This document shows positions 25,036 through 36,238 of a DNA stretch of 64,000 nucleotides, piece after piece. Source of the DNA: an uncultured Planctomycetota bacterium (GTDB taxonomy: Bacteria; Planctomycetota; Planctomycetia; Isosphaerales; Isosphaeraceae). Location: the NCBI GenBank assembly GCA_963737655.1, contig CAVTTN010000002.1, positions 320,001-384,000 on the forward strand, written 5' to 3'. Positions within the stretch are counted from its first letter, which is position 1, and every line of letters begins with the position of its first letter. The position numbers and the translations under genes are program-made. Under the pieces are notes generated by a model. It was not told where the DNA came from. It worked only from the letters and a program-made list of their open reading frames with translations, and made no database searches.

Positions 25036-25623
25036 TCAGGATCCCTGGCGACAGGTCACCCGGAGATTTCGGAGGCAGCCGGCCTCGACGAGGATCGGCC
25101 GGACCACGGCCCACAAGGCCTCGGCGTCGGGCCCGACCATGAAGAGCGTGCCGGAGTCCGAGTCGTCGGAAAATTCTTCGCCGTCGAAACGGCCCACCTC
25201 GGCGGCGTCGATCGCGGCTTCCAGCCGATCCACCACGTCATGAAAGGCAGCCGGGCTCGCTTCGGAGTAGTCGAATTGGGCGATGACCCAGTAGACTCTC
25301 GCGCCAGGTCCCGATGGACGCCCTCCTCCCTCGGCGCACCGGCGAACGCCTCGAATCACACAGAACGGCAGGCCGACCAGGACGACGGTCGGGAGGGCCG
25401 AGATCAACCCCATCATGAAGATCATCGGATACCAAAAGGCGAGATTGGCGATCCGAAAGACCAACTGCGGGTCGTGCGTCGCGATGAGGACGAGGAGGTT
25501 CGCGAACGCGCAGACGAGAGACCCGAGGATGACCGCTCGCGCGTAGTCTCGGACGTAGCCATGGACCACGGCGGCCATCGCGGCACACATGCCGACGTAC
25601 CATAAAATGCCGATCGTGTTCAC
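25036..25623 (-). CDS. Hypothetical membrane protein with C-terminal acidic alpha/beta domain
   Basis: Three TM segments, then RLEAAIDAAEVGRFDGEEF...GTLFMVGPDAEALW. Confidence 0.6.
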   Translation of the reverse strand: MNTIGILWYVGMCAAMAAVVHGYVRDYARAVILGSLVCAFANLLVLIATHDPQLVFRIANLAFWYPMIFMMGLISALPTVVLVGLPFCVIRGVRRCAEGGGRPSGPGARVYWVIAQFDYSEASPAAFHDVVDRLEAAIDAAEVGRFDGEEFSDDSDSGTLFMVGPDAEALWAVVRPILVEAGCLRNLRVTCRQGS

Positions 25624-25929
25624 CAGCGAGATTCTCGCACAAGATGGCCCGACGTCGAGCGCGAGGAGGAAGCGAGACGGCTTACCGGCGCTGGACGTCC
25701 ACAGGCGCGTGGGTCCACGAAACCCGGGAGGGCGTCTCGGTTCCGCGCTCGGCACCCGCGTCGCGGCGACTGTCGGGAGCCTACCAGCGCCTCGGCGCCC
25801 TCGCCATCGGATTCGTCGAAAGCCGCGGATTTCGAGAGCCGTGAGCCTGGCGCGATGTTGAGGAGGGCGACTCCGGTTTCGCGATCCGGGCCCCGGGTCG
25901 CCCCCTCGTCGAGCGGCTTCGGACCGCTC

Positions 25930-26280
25930 TCAAATCGTCTGGTCCCCGCCCATCGACGTGCGACCCTTCTTGTGGCCGAGCTTGTCGAGCAGGTGGTCGA
26001 GCGAGCGCTCGAGCTTTTCGGAGGCGCCGTCGATGGCCTCGTCGAGCGAGGCGGCGTCGTGGGTGACGGCCACGGGCTGGTGGCCGGCGAGCCGGGCCTC
26101 CATCACGCATCTCTTGTCGTGGTCACCCCCCTTGTGGGCGTTGTCGTCGTGGAGGTGGACCTCGACCCGTGTGATCTGGTCGGCGAACCGGCCGAACGTC
26201 CCCTCGACCTCGGTCTCGACCCTCTGGGCCAGGGCCTCGCTGCCTTCGATATGGTTGTCGGTGTGGACCAGGACGATCAT
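25930..26280 (-). CDS. HPF/RaiA-family ribosome-associated protein
   Basis: VHTDNHIEG...ITRVEVHLHD...KRCVMEARLAG...AIDGASEKLER. Confidence 0.88.
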   Translation of the reverse strand: MIVLVHTDNHIEGSEALAQRVETEVEGTFGRFADQITRVEVHLHDDNAHKGGDHDKRCVMEARLAGHQPVAVTHDAASLDEAIDGASEKLERSLDHLLDKLGHKKGRTSMGGDQTI

Positions 26281-26470
26281 GGCGGCGTCTCGATGGTTCG
26301 GTTTTGGGGGGCCGGAGAAATGATCGGACCCGTAATGCAGAAGGTATGCCGGGCGGGTCGCCTTTCGCAATGGCCGGGGGTCGTCTAAAATGAGGGGGAC
26401 GATCGCGGAGAGACGGGCGCCGACGGGGCGGCTCACTCCGGGGTGGCGTCGCGACGAAAGGGCCGGGCTC

Positions 26471-27925
26471 ATGGCGATCGGGTTGCTCTCGGAGAGCCGG
26501 GCCGGCTCGGCCGTCGATTCGGCCTATCAGCAATGCTTGAATCCCTCGTGCCGCCACACCCTGGGCCTCGACCAGGCCGTCTTCGCCTGCCCCGAGTGCG
26601 GCGACCTCCTGGACGTGGTTTATGACTGGGACCGCCTTCCCGTCCCGGCCAGCCTCCGCGACTTCGAGGCGAAATGGTCCCGGAGGCTCGACCCGTTGAG
26701 CTTCTCCGGGGTCTGGCGGTTCCGCGAGCTCCTGCCGTTCGCGCCGGCCGAGTCGATCGTGACCATCGGCGAGGGGCAAACCCTCCTCCAGCCGGCGGAC
26801 AAGGTCGGCCAGTACGTGGGCGTCGATCCGGGGAACCTGCTCCTCCAGTACGAGGGGATGAATCCCTCGGGGAGCTTCAAGGACAACGGGATGACCGCCG
26901 CGTTCACCCACGCGAGGATGGTCGGCGCCCGACGGGTCGCCTGCGCCTCGACGGGGAACACCTCGGCGGCCCTGGCGGTGTACTGCTCGGCCACGAACCA
27001 CGGGTTCAAGGCGATCATCTTCGTCGGCTCGGGCAAGATCGCCTATGGGAAGCTCGCGCAGGCCCTCGATCACGGGGCGTTGACGATCCAGATCGCCGGC
27101 GATTTCGACGACGCGATGCAACGGGTCCGCCAGGTGGCCGACCGCCTGGGCATCTACCTCATGAATTCGGTCAATCCCTTCCGCCTGGAGGGGCAGAAAA
27201 CGATCATGTATCGGGTCTTGGAGGCGCTGGCCTGGGAGCCCCCGGACTGGATCGTGGTCCCGGGCGGAAACCTCGGCAACTCGTCCGCGTTCGGCAAGGC
27301 GTTCATCGAATTGAAACACCTGGGATTGATCGACCGCGTGCCTCGGCTGGCGGTCATCAATGCCTTCGGGGCACGGACCCTGGAGGAACTCGTGGGGACC
27401 CACGGGCTTTCCTGGCTCGACGGGACGCCCGACGAGAAGGTCACCAACGCGTACTATGCTCTCCTGGATGCCTCGAAGGCGAAGGCCAACACGATCGCCT
27501 CGGCGATCGAGATCAACCGGCCGGTGAACCTCAAGAAATGCTTGCGGGCCCTGGATTTTTGCGATGGCGTCGTCCGGCAGGTCTCCGACCAGGAGATCAT
27601 GGACGCCAAGGCGCGGGTCGGCGCCGGGGGCCTCGGCTGCGAGCCGGCCAGCGCGGCGAGCGTCGCCGGGGCGAGGAAGCTCCGCGAAGAGGGCGTGATC
27701 GCGCCCTCGGACCGCGTGGTCTGCATCCTCACCGGCCATCAATTGAAGGACCCGACCGCGACGGTCGCCTATCACAGCGCCGATCAGGACCAGTTCGACC
27801 GCGTCCTGGCCAGCCGGGGCGTCCGCCGGGCGGGTTTCGCGAATCGGCCGGTGATGGTGCCGAACGACCTGGACGACATCATCCGGATGATCGCGCTATA
27901 CTCCGATTCCGGGGAGCCGGCGTAA
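26471..27925 (+). CDS. thrC: Threonine synthase
   Basis: N-terminal Cys cluster, [48 protein letters not shown]. Confidence 0.95.
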   Translation: MAIGLLSESRAGSAVDSAYQQCLNPSCRHTLGLDQAVFACPECGDLLDVVYDWDRLPVPASLRDFEAKWSRRLDPLSFSGVWRFRELLPFAPAESIVTIGEGQTLLQPADKVGQYVGVDPGNLLLQYEGMNPSGSFKDNGMTAAFTHARMVGARRVACASTGNTSAALAVYCSATNHGFKAIIFVGSGKIAYGKLAQALDHGALTIQIAGDFDDAMQRVRQVADRLGIYLMNSVNPFRLEGQKTIMYRVLEALAWEPPDWIVVPGGNLGNSSAFGKAFIELKHLGLIDRVPRLAVINAFGARTLEELVGTHGLSWLDGTPDEKVTNAYYALLDASKAKANTIASAIEINRPVNLKKCLRALDFCDGVVRQVSDQEIMDAKARVGAGGLGCEPASAASVAGARKLREEGVIAPSDRVVCILTGHQLKDPTATVAYHSADQDQFDRVLASRGVRRAGFANRPVMVPNDLDDIIRMIALYSDSGEPA

Positions 27926-28029
27926 GGCTCCGCTTCAGGGCCGAGGCGGTCTTGGCCGAGGCGGCTCCGGGCGGTTAGGATGGGTGCCCCGCGATACTCG
28001 AGCGACCCCTCGGCGAAAGGTCCGCGAAC

Positions 28030-28824
28030 TTGGCTCCGCACTCGCCCTTACTCGTCGCGATCCACGGCGCCTCCGGCCGGATGGGCACCCGGCTGATCCA
28101 GTTGATCGCGGCCGACCCCGGCCTCGCCCTGGCCGGGGCGATCGACCGGCCGGGCCACCCTCGGATCGGCGAGGACGTGGGCACGGTCCTCGGGCTCGGC
28201 CCCCTCGGCGTGCCGATCAGCGGGTCTCTGGAGACGAGGCCGGACGTGGTGATCGACTTCGCCTCGCCAACCGCGACCCCGGCCCTGGCGGCGATTTGCG
28301 CCGAAAAAGGGGTGGCCCTGGTCGTGGGGACCACGGGGTTCGAGCCGGCGGAGCGGAGGGCCGTCGAGGCCGCGTCGGCGAAGGTGCCCGTGCTGATCTC
28401 GGCGAACTTCAGCAAGGCGGTCAACCTGCTGTTCCGCCTGGTCGGGGCGGCGGCGAAGGCCCTGGGGGACTCGGCCGACGTGGAGATCGTCGAACGTCAC
28501 CACCATTTCAAGAAGGACGCCCCCAGCGGCACGGCCCTGAAGATCGCCGACGTGGTGGCGAAGGCGATCGGCACGGATCGGCTGGTCCACGGCCGGAGCG
28601 GGCAGGTCGGCGAGAGGCCCCGAGGGGAGATCGGCCTCCACGCCCTCCGCGCCGGCGACAACCCGGGCGAGCATACCGTCGTGTTCGGCCTGATGGGCGA
28701 GTGCCTCGAAATCTCCCATCGCGCCCTGAACCGCGACGGCTTCGCGCTCGGGGCCCTGGATGCCGCGAAGTTCCTGGCGAACAAGCCGCCCGGCCTTTAT
28801 TCGATGGACGACCTCCTCGGCTGA
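28030..28824 (+). CDS. dapB: 4-hydroxy-tetrahydrodipicolinate reductase
   Basis: GASGRMG, VGTTGF, ERHHHFKKDAPSGTA. Confidence 0.96.
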   Translation: MAPHSPLLVAIHGASGRMGTRLIQLIAADPGLALAGAIDRPGHPRIGEDVGTVLGLGPLGVPISGSLETRPDVVIDFASPTATPALAAICAEKGVALVVGTTGFEPAERRAVEAASAKVPVLISANFSKAVNLLFRLVGAAAKALGDSADVEIVERHHHFKKDAPSGTALKIADVVAKAIGTDRLVHGRSGQVGERPRGEIGLHALRAGDNPGEHTVVFGLMGECLEISHRALNRDGFALGALDAAKFLANKPPGLYSMDDLLG

Positions 28825-28839
28825 ACGAGACGCCCCACG

Positions 28840-29235
28840 ATGGCCCAGTGCGAAACCGGATACCTGTGCGAGGTCTGCGGCGCCGAGGTCGAGGACATCA
28901 CCGAGTCCGACCTGTACTTGCGCTACGTCCTCGGCGAGGTGGACCCCGAAACGCTCCACGTCTCGCCGGAGCGTCACCTCGGCTGCAATCCCTCCCTGGC
29001 CCAGTTCATCGTCGACGAGCGATTCCCGGCGGTCGCCGTCGAGGGGTTCTTCGCCAAGGCGAACCTGGACCCGGCCTTCGTGGCGGCCGAAGAGGCTCGC
29101 GTGACGGCCGGATACCGCCGGCTCCGGGAGGTCTTCTTGACGGAGGGCCTGCCGATCACCGATTATCCCCTGCCGGGCGTCCTGGACAGGTGGTCCGACT
29201 CGTCCGAGGTCCTCGATCCGTCCGTTCGCCCCTGA
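28840..29235 (+). CDS. Conserved hypothetical protein with Cys/His motifs
   Basis: [11 protein letters not shown] ... RHLGCNP; inside an operon, host codon bias. Confidence 0.75.
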   Translation: MAQCETGYLCEVCGAEVEDITESDLYLRYVLGEVDPETLHVSPERHLGCNPSLAQFIVDERFPAVAVEGFFAKANLDPAFVAAEEARVTAGYRRLREVFLTEGLPITDYPLPGVLDRWSDSSEVLDPSVRP

Positions 29236-29254
29236 GATCCACAGGAGTCGGCCT

Positions 29255-30187
<933 letters not shown>

Positions 30188-30227
30188 AAAAAAACGGGGG
30201 ATCGGTGCATTTTCCTGCGCCGGACAC

Positions 30228-31205
30228 ATGAAGATCCTGGTCGTCGGCGGAGCGGGCTACATCGGCAGTCACACCACCCGGGCCCTGATGGCCGCCGGGC
30301 ATGACGTCGCGGTATTCGACAGCCTGGAAATCGGCCACGAGGCGGCCGTCCCGCCCGGGTCCCTGATCGTGGGCGACCTGGCCGACCGCGAGGCCCTGAA
30401 TCGGGCCGTCCGGGGCCGGGATGCCGTGATCCATTTCGCCGCGTACACCTCGGTCCCCGAGAGCGTGGCCGACCCCTCGCGCTATTATCGCAACAACCTG
30501 GTCGGCAGCCTCAACCTGCTCGACGCCCTGCGCGACGAGGGCTGCCGCCGCGTGGTCTTTTCCAGCACGGCGGCCGTCTACGGAATCCCGGAACGCGTCC
30601 CGATCTCCGAGACCTCGCCGACCCGGCCCATCAACCCGTACGGGTTCACCAAGCTGGCGATCGAGCAGGCGATGGGGGACTACGCCCGGGCCTTCGGCCT
30701 GGGGTTCGCCGCCCTCCGCTACTTCAACGCCTGCGGGGCCTCGTCCGACGGCTCGATCGGCGAGGACCACTCGCCCGAGACCCACCTGATCCCGATCGTC
30801 CTCCAGGTCGCGCTCGGCCAGAGGCCGAACGTCGCCGTCTTCGGCACCGATTATCCCACGCCCGACGGCACCTGCATCCGCGACTATATCCACGTCGAGG
30901 ACCTGGCCGACGCCCACGTCAAGGCCCTGGAGGCGATCGAGCCGGGCTCGGGCCTGATCTACAACGTCGGCACCGGCTCCGGGTTCAGCGTCCGCCAGGT
31001 CATCGACGCCTGCCGGAGAGTCACCGGCCAGCCGATCCCCACCGTCGAGAAGCCCCGGAGGGCCGGAGACCCCCCAACGCTGGTGGCCTCCTCCGAGACG
31101 ATCCGAAAAGACCTCGGCTGGTCGCCCCGGTTCACCGAGATCGAGCCGATCGTGGCCTCGGCCTGGAGCTGGCACAAGGCCCACCCCCGGGGGTATGGCT
31201 CGTAA
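30228..31205 (+). CDS. galE: UDP-glucose 4-epimerase
   Basis: GGAGYIGSH, FSSTAAVYG, LRYFNA, ETHLIP, DGTCIRDYIHV. Confidence 0.95.
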   Translation: MKILVVGGAGYIGSHTTRALMAAGHDVAVFDSLEIGHEAAVPPGSLIVGDLADREALNRAVRGRDAVIHFAAYTSVPESVADPSRYYRNNLVGSLNLLDALRDEGCRRVVFSSTAAVYGIPERVPISETSPTRPINPYGFTKLAIEQAMGDYARAFGLGFAALRYFNACGASSDGSIGEDHSPETHLIPIVLQVALGQRPNVAVFGTDYPTPDGTCIRDYIHVEDLADAHVKALEAIEPGSGLIYNVGTGSGFSVRQVIDACRRVTGQPIPTVEKPRRAGDPPTLVASSETIRKDLGWSPRFTEIEPIVASAWSWHKAHPRGYGS

Positions 31206-31287
31206 GGCCCGCGATTGCGGCCCTTCACATGGCAGGGTGGCATGCTTACACGGACGTAAGCATCTACCCGGCCGCTCCGGCACAAGC

Positions 31288-31536
31288 TCAAGCGTCGGCC
31301 GATTGCCGGGACCCGCTCGGCAGGGGCTCGACGGCGGTGACGTGGAGCAGCGAGCAGATCTTGAACTCGGCGGGGACGCCGTCCTCCGAGTCGTCGAGCC
31401 CGACGAGGATGCTGGTCCGGGTCAACCACGCCATCTCCGGATGGCGGACCTCGTAGGTCTGGCCGCTGGACATAACCAGCCGGAACGGCTTGAACGGGCG
31501 CTGAGCCAGGATTTCGCGGAAGGTCTGTACGGTCAT
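31288..31536 (-). CDS. Small planctomycete-type hypothetical protein
   Basis: RPFKPFRLVMSSGQTYEVRHPE motif, a pattern I recognise as common in planctomycetes. Confidence 0.75.
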   Translation of the reverse strand: MTVQTFREILAQRPFKPFRLVMSSGQTYEVRHPEMAWLTRTSILVGLDDSEDGVPAEFKICSLLHVTAVEPLPSGSRQSADA

Positions 31537-31577
31537 TCCTCGATCTTACCGCCAGCCGGCTGGGCTGTCGAGGCGAT

Positions 31578-31687
31578 GCCTCACGACCAAGCCCAGCGGA
31601 CCCGAACCGCCAGGACAGCAACGATCGCGGAGAAGGTACCGCGACGGTGAACGCCAGGTCCGGCGCGATTTAAGCGCGTCGTTCCTC
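31578..31687 (-). other. Degenerate attC-like imperfect hairpin downstream of the EVE gene
   Basis: Minus strand ends GTCCGCTGGGCTTGGTCGTGAGGC, resembling an attC L'/R' end; inner CGGACC/GGTCCG and TCGCGG/CCGCGA stems. Confidence 0.35.
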
Positions 31688-32104
31688 AACGAGACGTAGC
31701 AGGAGGGTGCCCTGGTCCGGAGTGACCGGGAAGTTGGTGCCCTGCTGAAAGCCGTGGAACACCGACAGGTTTTCCAGGCCCGGCACGGAACGCAAGAAGG
31801 TATGCGGCAAACTTACCTCCCAGTCCGTGATTGTGGCGAGCACACGCCATTGCACTTCGGTGTCAGGCTCGGCCCAATAGGTTTGCTCGCTCTCCATCTC
31901 GGGCATCTCTTGAGGCACGCTCTCCGCCCGGAGGACGGCGCGGATGCCTCGGTCTCGTCCGGTCTCCCAGATGAAGATCGTGTCGCCGGGTGCAATCTCT
32001 TCACGATACCGCGAGACGGTCCAGGTTAGGCTGGGATTCGGGTCGGTCAAGCGATCGGCGATGCGATACTTTTCCGGGTTGCACTTGAATATCCAAAACG
32101 CCAT
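31670..32104 (-). CDS. EVE domain-containing protein
   Basis: FWIFKCNPEKY...WTVSRYREEIAPGDTIFIW...QGTNFPVT; codon usage and GC differ from neighbours. Confidence 0.85.
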   Translation of the reverse strand: MAFWIFKCNPEKYRIADRLTDPNPSLTWTVSRYREEIAPGDTIFIWETGRDRGIRAVLRAESVPQEMPEMESEQTYWAEPDTEVQWRVLATITDWEVSLPHTFLRSVPGLENLSVFHGFQQGTNFPVTPDQGTLLLRLVEERRA

Positions 32105-32178
32105 CCCCGGCTCCTTTTTTCGCACCGCCTACGGTGCTATCACGCGCGAGACGGGAGACGTCGAGGAGGCTCGTTCGG

Positions 32179-33327
32179 CTACCCCTCCACGCACTCGCTC
32201 CTCGGGTACGACCCGAGGATTTCGAGCCGTTCGGACTTCCTCTTGACCGAGTCGAGGGCCTTCTTGATCGGCTCGTCCTCGGCGTGGCCGTCGACGTCGA
32301 GGAAGAAGATGTAGGAGGGGTCGCGTTCGAGGCGGCCGTCGGCGTGGGGGAAGGATTCGATCATCGTGAGGTTCAGCCCGGCCTTTTCGAACACGGCGAG
32401 CACCCGGGCCAGGGCCCCGGCCTGGTTCGGCAGGTGGATCAGGACCGTGGTCTTGTCCTTGCCGGTCCGGCTTTCGGACTGCTCGGCGATCACCGCGAAC
32501 CTTGTGACGTTGTGCGGCTGGTCCTCGATGTTCTCGGCCAGGAGGCTCAGCCCGTAGGCCATCGCGGCGGGGTGGCTGGCGATCGCGGCCGAGGTCTCCT
32601 CGCGCTGGGCGATCTCGGCGGCGTGGGCCGTCGAGACCACCTCGTGAAGCTGCGCCTGAGGGAGGTTCTTGCTCAGCCAGTGGCGGCACTGCGAGAGCGC
32701 CTGGGCCTTGGAATAGACCCTTCGGACGTTCCCCCATTCCCCCTTGCCCAGCAGGCAATGGTGGATCCGTAGGCGGACTTCCGCCCGGATCTTGAGGTTC
32801 GGCAAACGTGTAAACATGTCCAGAGTATCGGCAATCCGTCCGTCGGTGGAGTTCTCCAGGGGGACGATGCCGAACTGGACGTGCCGGCGGTTGACTTCCT
32901 CGAAGACCGCCGGGATCGTCCCGACCGGGACGTGCTCCACGGCGTTGCCGAACTTGGCGACCGAGGCGAGGTAGCTATAGCTATACTTCGGCCCGAGGCA
33001 GGCGACCCGCAAGGCCCGCTGGATGGATCGGCTCCCGCTCATGAGTTCGCGGAAGATCAGCCGGAGCGTGTCGGCCGGCAGGGGGCCGGCGCTGGCGGCC
33101 ATGGCCCGGTTGAGGACCTCCTCCTCCCGGGCCGGCGACCAGACCTCGAGGCCCTGCTGCTCCTTGACCTGGCCGATCTTCGAGGCGATCTCGGCGCGGC
33201 GGTTCAGCAAGACGACCAGCTCCTTGTCGAGCCGATCGATCTCGGTCCTCAGGGAGGCGAGGGTCGGGGCCCTCTTGGCATCGGCCGGGGTCCGGCCCTT
33301 GTCGGCGGAAGAGGGCTTGCGGGGCAT
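32179..33327 (-). CDS. pheA: Chorismate mutase / prephenate dehydratase
   Basis: LRTEIDRLD, VPLENSTDG, ALSQC, NVTRF, IESFP, LGSYP. Confidence 0.95.
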   Translation of the reverse strand: MPRKPSSADKGRTPADAKRAPTLASLRTEIDRLDKELVVLLNRRAEIASKIGQVKEQQGLEVWSPAREEEVLNRAMAASAGPLPADTLRLIFRELMSGSRSIQRALRVACLGPKYSYSYLASVAKFGNAVEHVPVGTIPAVFEEVNRRHVQFGIVPLENSTDGRIADTLDMFTRLPNLKIRAEVRLRIHHCLLGKGEWGNVRRVYSKAQALSQCRHWLSKNLPQAQLHEVVSTAHAAEIAQREETSAAIASHPAAMAYGLSLLAENIEDQPHNVTRFAVIAEQSESRTGKDKTTVLIHLPNQAGALARVLAVFEKAGLNLTMIESFPHADGRLERDPSYIFFLDVDGHAEDEPIKKALDSVKRKSERLEILGSYPRSECVEG

Positions 33328-33429
33328 GATCGCTCGTCGCGGCGGGGGGCCGGGGTTCGAACGTAAATCACGAGGCGCTAAGTGGATACAGGAAACGGTC
33401 CGAGAAGTCAAGAGCCTGCCGTCGGCCCA

Positions 33430-34561
33430 TCATCTCGACACATCGCCATCCGCCCGGGGAAGCCGGCCCTGGAGCCGGAGGTCGCCGTCTCGCTCGCTCC
33501 ATCGGATCGAGCCGAGGCGGAGGGCCTCGGCCATGGTGGACATGCCGAGGCCCTGGATCGGGACGTGGTTGGCCGGGCCTCCGACCAGGATCGGGGCGAC
33601 GAAGACATCGACCTCGTCGATCTCCCGGGCGTCGAAGAACGCGCCCAGGACGCGACCTCCGCCCTCGATCAGGACGTTGGTCATCCCCCTTCGGCCCAGC
33701 TCATCCAGGAGGGGGCGGATCGGCACCGGGTCCTCCTCGTCGAACCGCAGGACCTCGCAGCCGGCCGCGATCAGGCCCTCGACGCGCGATTCCGGGGCGT
33801 TTCGGGTCACGGCAACCCAGGTCGGCGCCTCTCGGGCGGTGGCGACGAGTCGGGAGCCGATCGGCAGGCGGGCGGACGGGTCGAGCACGAGGCGGACCGG
33901 CGTCCTCGGACCGGGAGGGCGGGCGGTCAGGCTCGGGTCGTCGGCCAGGGCGGTCCCGATCCCGACGCAAATCGCGTCCATCCGCCCGCGGACCTCGTGG
34001 ACGGCCGCCCGCGAAAGCTCGTTCGAGATCCATCGGCTGTCGCCCAGGGCCGAGGCGATCCGGCCGTCGAGCGTCATGGCCCATTTGGCGATCACGAACG
34101 GGCGGCCGGTCGCGATCCTCTTGAAGAAGGGGGCGTTGAGGTCGCGCGCCTCGCGCTCCAGGACACCGACCACGACCTCGATCCCCGCCTCGCGGAGTCG
34201 GGCGATCCCCCGGCCGGCGACGCGAGGGAACGGGTCCTCGGTCGCGACGACCACTCGCGCCACCCGGGAGGCGATCACGGCGTCGGTGCAGGGGGGGGTC
34301 TTGCCGAGGTGGCAACACGGTTCCAGGGTGACGACCAGGGTCGAGCCCCTGGGCGGCGTCGCCGGCGGCCCGAAGGGCGTGGACCTCCGCATGGGGGCCG
34401 CCGAACTGCCGATGGAAGCCGGAGGCGAGCAACCGGCCGTCCTTCACGACGACGGCGCCGACCATCGGGTTGGGCTCGACGGCCCCTCGGCCCCGGGCGG
34501 CCTCGGCCAGGGCCCGGGCCATCGCGAAGGTCTCGTCGGCGAACGGTTCGGTCCCGGCCAT
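33430..34561 (-). CDS. ribD: Riboflavin biosynthesis deaminase/reductase RibD (frameshift near 34345)
   Basis: [12 protein letters not shown] in one frame; TLEPCCH.GKTPPC, SRWIS, IEGGG in the next. Confidence 0.93.
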
Positions 34562-35556
34562 CAGAACGGCGTGGCCTCGGCCGGGCCGTTGGCGGGCGGG
34601 GCCGGGCGACTCGGGGCCTTCGGCGCGACCTTGGGTTTGGGCGCGGGGATCTCCTGACCCTCGGGGAAGACCAGGCGGTAAAGCACCTTCAGCCGTCGTT
34701 TCGCGGCTTCCGGCGGCAATCCGTCGAGACCTTCGCGGGCCCAGGGAGGCAACGCGGCCTCGAACCGATCGAGGTTCGCCGGGGAAACTTCCTGGGTTTC
34801 GTGGGCCCGGAGGACCCGCAACTCCGCCAGCTTGGGGATCAGCTCCTTGCGATTGCCGAGCTCGACCTTCGGCCGGGCCCCTCCAGCCTTGATGACCCCT
34901 TCGACCTTGCCGATCTCGGCCCGGACGGCTTCCTCGTCGGCCTTGAACTCGTCGTCCTCGTGCTGGAACTCCAGGCCGAGCCGTTTCTTCTTGCCGAGCC
35001 GTTCGCTGAGGCCCTTCCGTTTGTTCGCGTCCTTGGCCTTTCGGAGTTCCTCCTTGTCCCTCGCATCCTCGGGGCCTTCCAGGCTGAACCAGACGAGCAG
35101 CTCCCGGGCGGTCTGGCGGAGAGGAGGCCGGGCGAGCGAGGAAATCTGGAGGCCGTCGGCCAGCCGGCGGCCCATGTCGGCGGGCGGCTTGCGCTCGGCC
35201 CGGAGTTTCTCGATCAATTCCAGCCGCGCCCCGGGCTCGGTCGTCTCGTCCACCAGCTTCTTCTTGTCGGCCGGCAGGGCCTGGTAGAAGGCGTGATAGC
35301 GGCGAAGGACCGAGAGGTAACGCGAACGGACCTCGGCCGGCAGCTCGGCGATCCGGGAGTCGATGTCGCGGAGGGCGTCCTTGCGGTCGCGCTCCATTGC
35401 GTCGAATTCGGAGAGCTTCCGGGCCAGTCCCTCCCTCTCGGCCGGGGTCATCGACTTGACCCGTTCCAGGCGGTCCTCATCCTCGGCCGGATGGGCGGCC
35501 GGGGCCAGGAAGGCGATCAGGGCGAGAGTCGCCAGGGCGAGCGGCGCGGGCCTCAC
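34561..35556 (-). CDS. Secreted helical hypothetical protein
   Basis: Signal peptide, charged helical repeats (MTPAER, LPAEVR, LPADKK), Pro-rich tail. Confidence 0.7.
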   Translation of the reverse strand: MRPAPLALATLALIAFLAPAAHPAEDEDRLERVKSMTPAEREGLARKLSEFDAMERDRKDALRDIDSRIAELPAEVRSRYLSVLRRYHAFYQALPADKKKLVDETTEPGARLELIEKLRAERKPPADMGRRLADGLQISSLARPPLRQTARELLVWFSLEGPEDARDKEELRKAKDANKRKGLSERLGKKKRLGLEFQHEDDEFKADEEAVRAEIGKVEGVIKAGGARPKVELGNRKELIPKLAELRVLRAHETQEVSPANLDRFEAALPPWAREGLDGLPPEAAKRRLKVLYRLVFPEGQEIPAPKPKVAPKAPSRPAPPANGPAEATPF

Positions 35557-35608
35557 GGGGATGGCACCTCTTCGAGGAGGGAGCGGCTCCGTCGCGATCG
35601 GCGACGGA

Positions 35609-36103
35609 CTATTCGGCCTCGTTGAAGGCCGGCGACTGGTCGAGCATCCTCAGGAGTTCGAACGAGCCGACCTCGCGGTATTCGTCGAGGTGTTCGGCCA
35701 GGGGAAGGTCGCGGACGAGCCGGGCGGAGGGGTCGGGCCAGGCCCAGCGAGCCAGGGCGTATCCCAGGGCGACGGTCAGGAGGGCCGTCGCCGCGAGCGT
35801 GGCGATCCGGGCCGCCCAGAGGCCGGTCCGCCCGGCCGCGGCCGAGAACTTCCCGCCTCGGGAGTCGAGCTTCACGACCTCGGTCATCGTCCGGGAGGCG
35901 AAGTCCTCGGACGGCGTGGGGCGCGGCAGGAAGTCCAGGAGCTCCCAGGTCTTCTGGAGCGCCTCGACTTCCCGACGGCCGGTCACGCTGTGGATCAGCT
36001 TGGTGCCGAGGGTCTGGAGCCGCTCCTCGGCGAGTTCGCCATCGAGGTAGGCGACCAGGTCGGCTCGTTCCTCATCGGACAGACGCTGTCCTTCCATCGC
36101 CAT
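35609..36103 (-). CDS. Anti-sigma factor-like membrane protein
   Basis: LVAYLDGEL...LQKTWELLDFLP...FASRT followed by a single TM. Confidence 0.7.
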   Translation of the reverse strand: MAMEGQRLSDEERADLVAYLDGELAEERLQTLGTKLIHSVTGRREVEALQKTWELLDFLPRPTPSEDFASRTMTEVVKLDSRGGKFSAAAGRTGLWAARIATLAATALLTVALGYALARWAWPDPSARLVRDLPLAEHLDEYREVGSFELLRMLDQSPAFNEAE

Positions 36104-36238
36104 CGCCGACCCGCTCCCCGAGGGGTCGGGCTCGGAGGCGCCGACCGATCCCCTCTGCCGATGAAACCCCGGCGGGTAACGGGTCCGTCGCTCGAGCCCG
36201 AAGAGCCGCAATCGCGAACGTTCCCGGGGAGGGACTTC

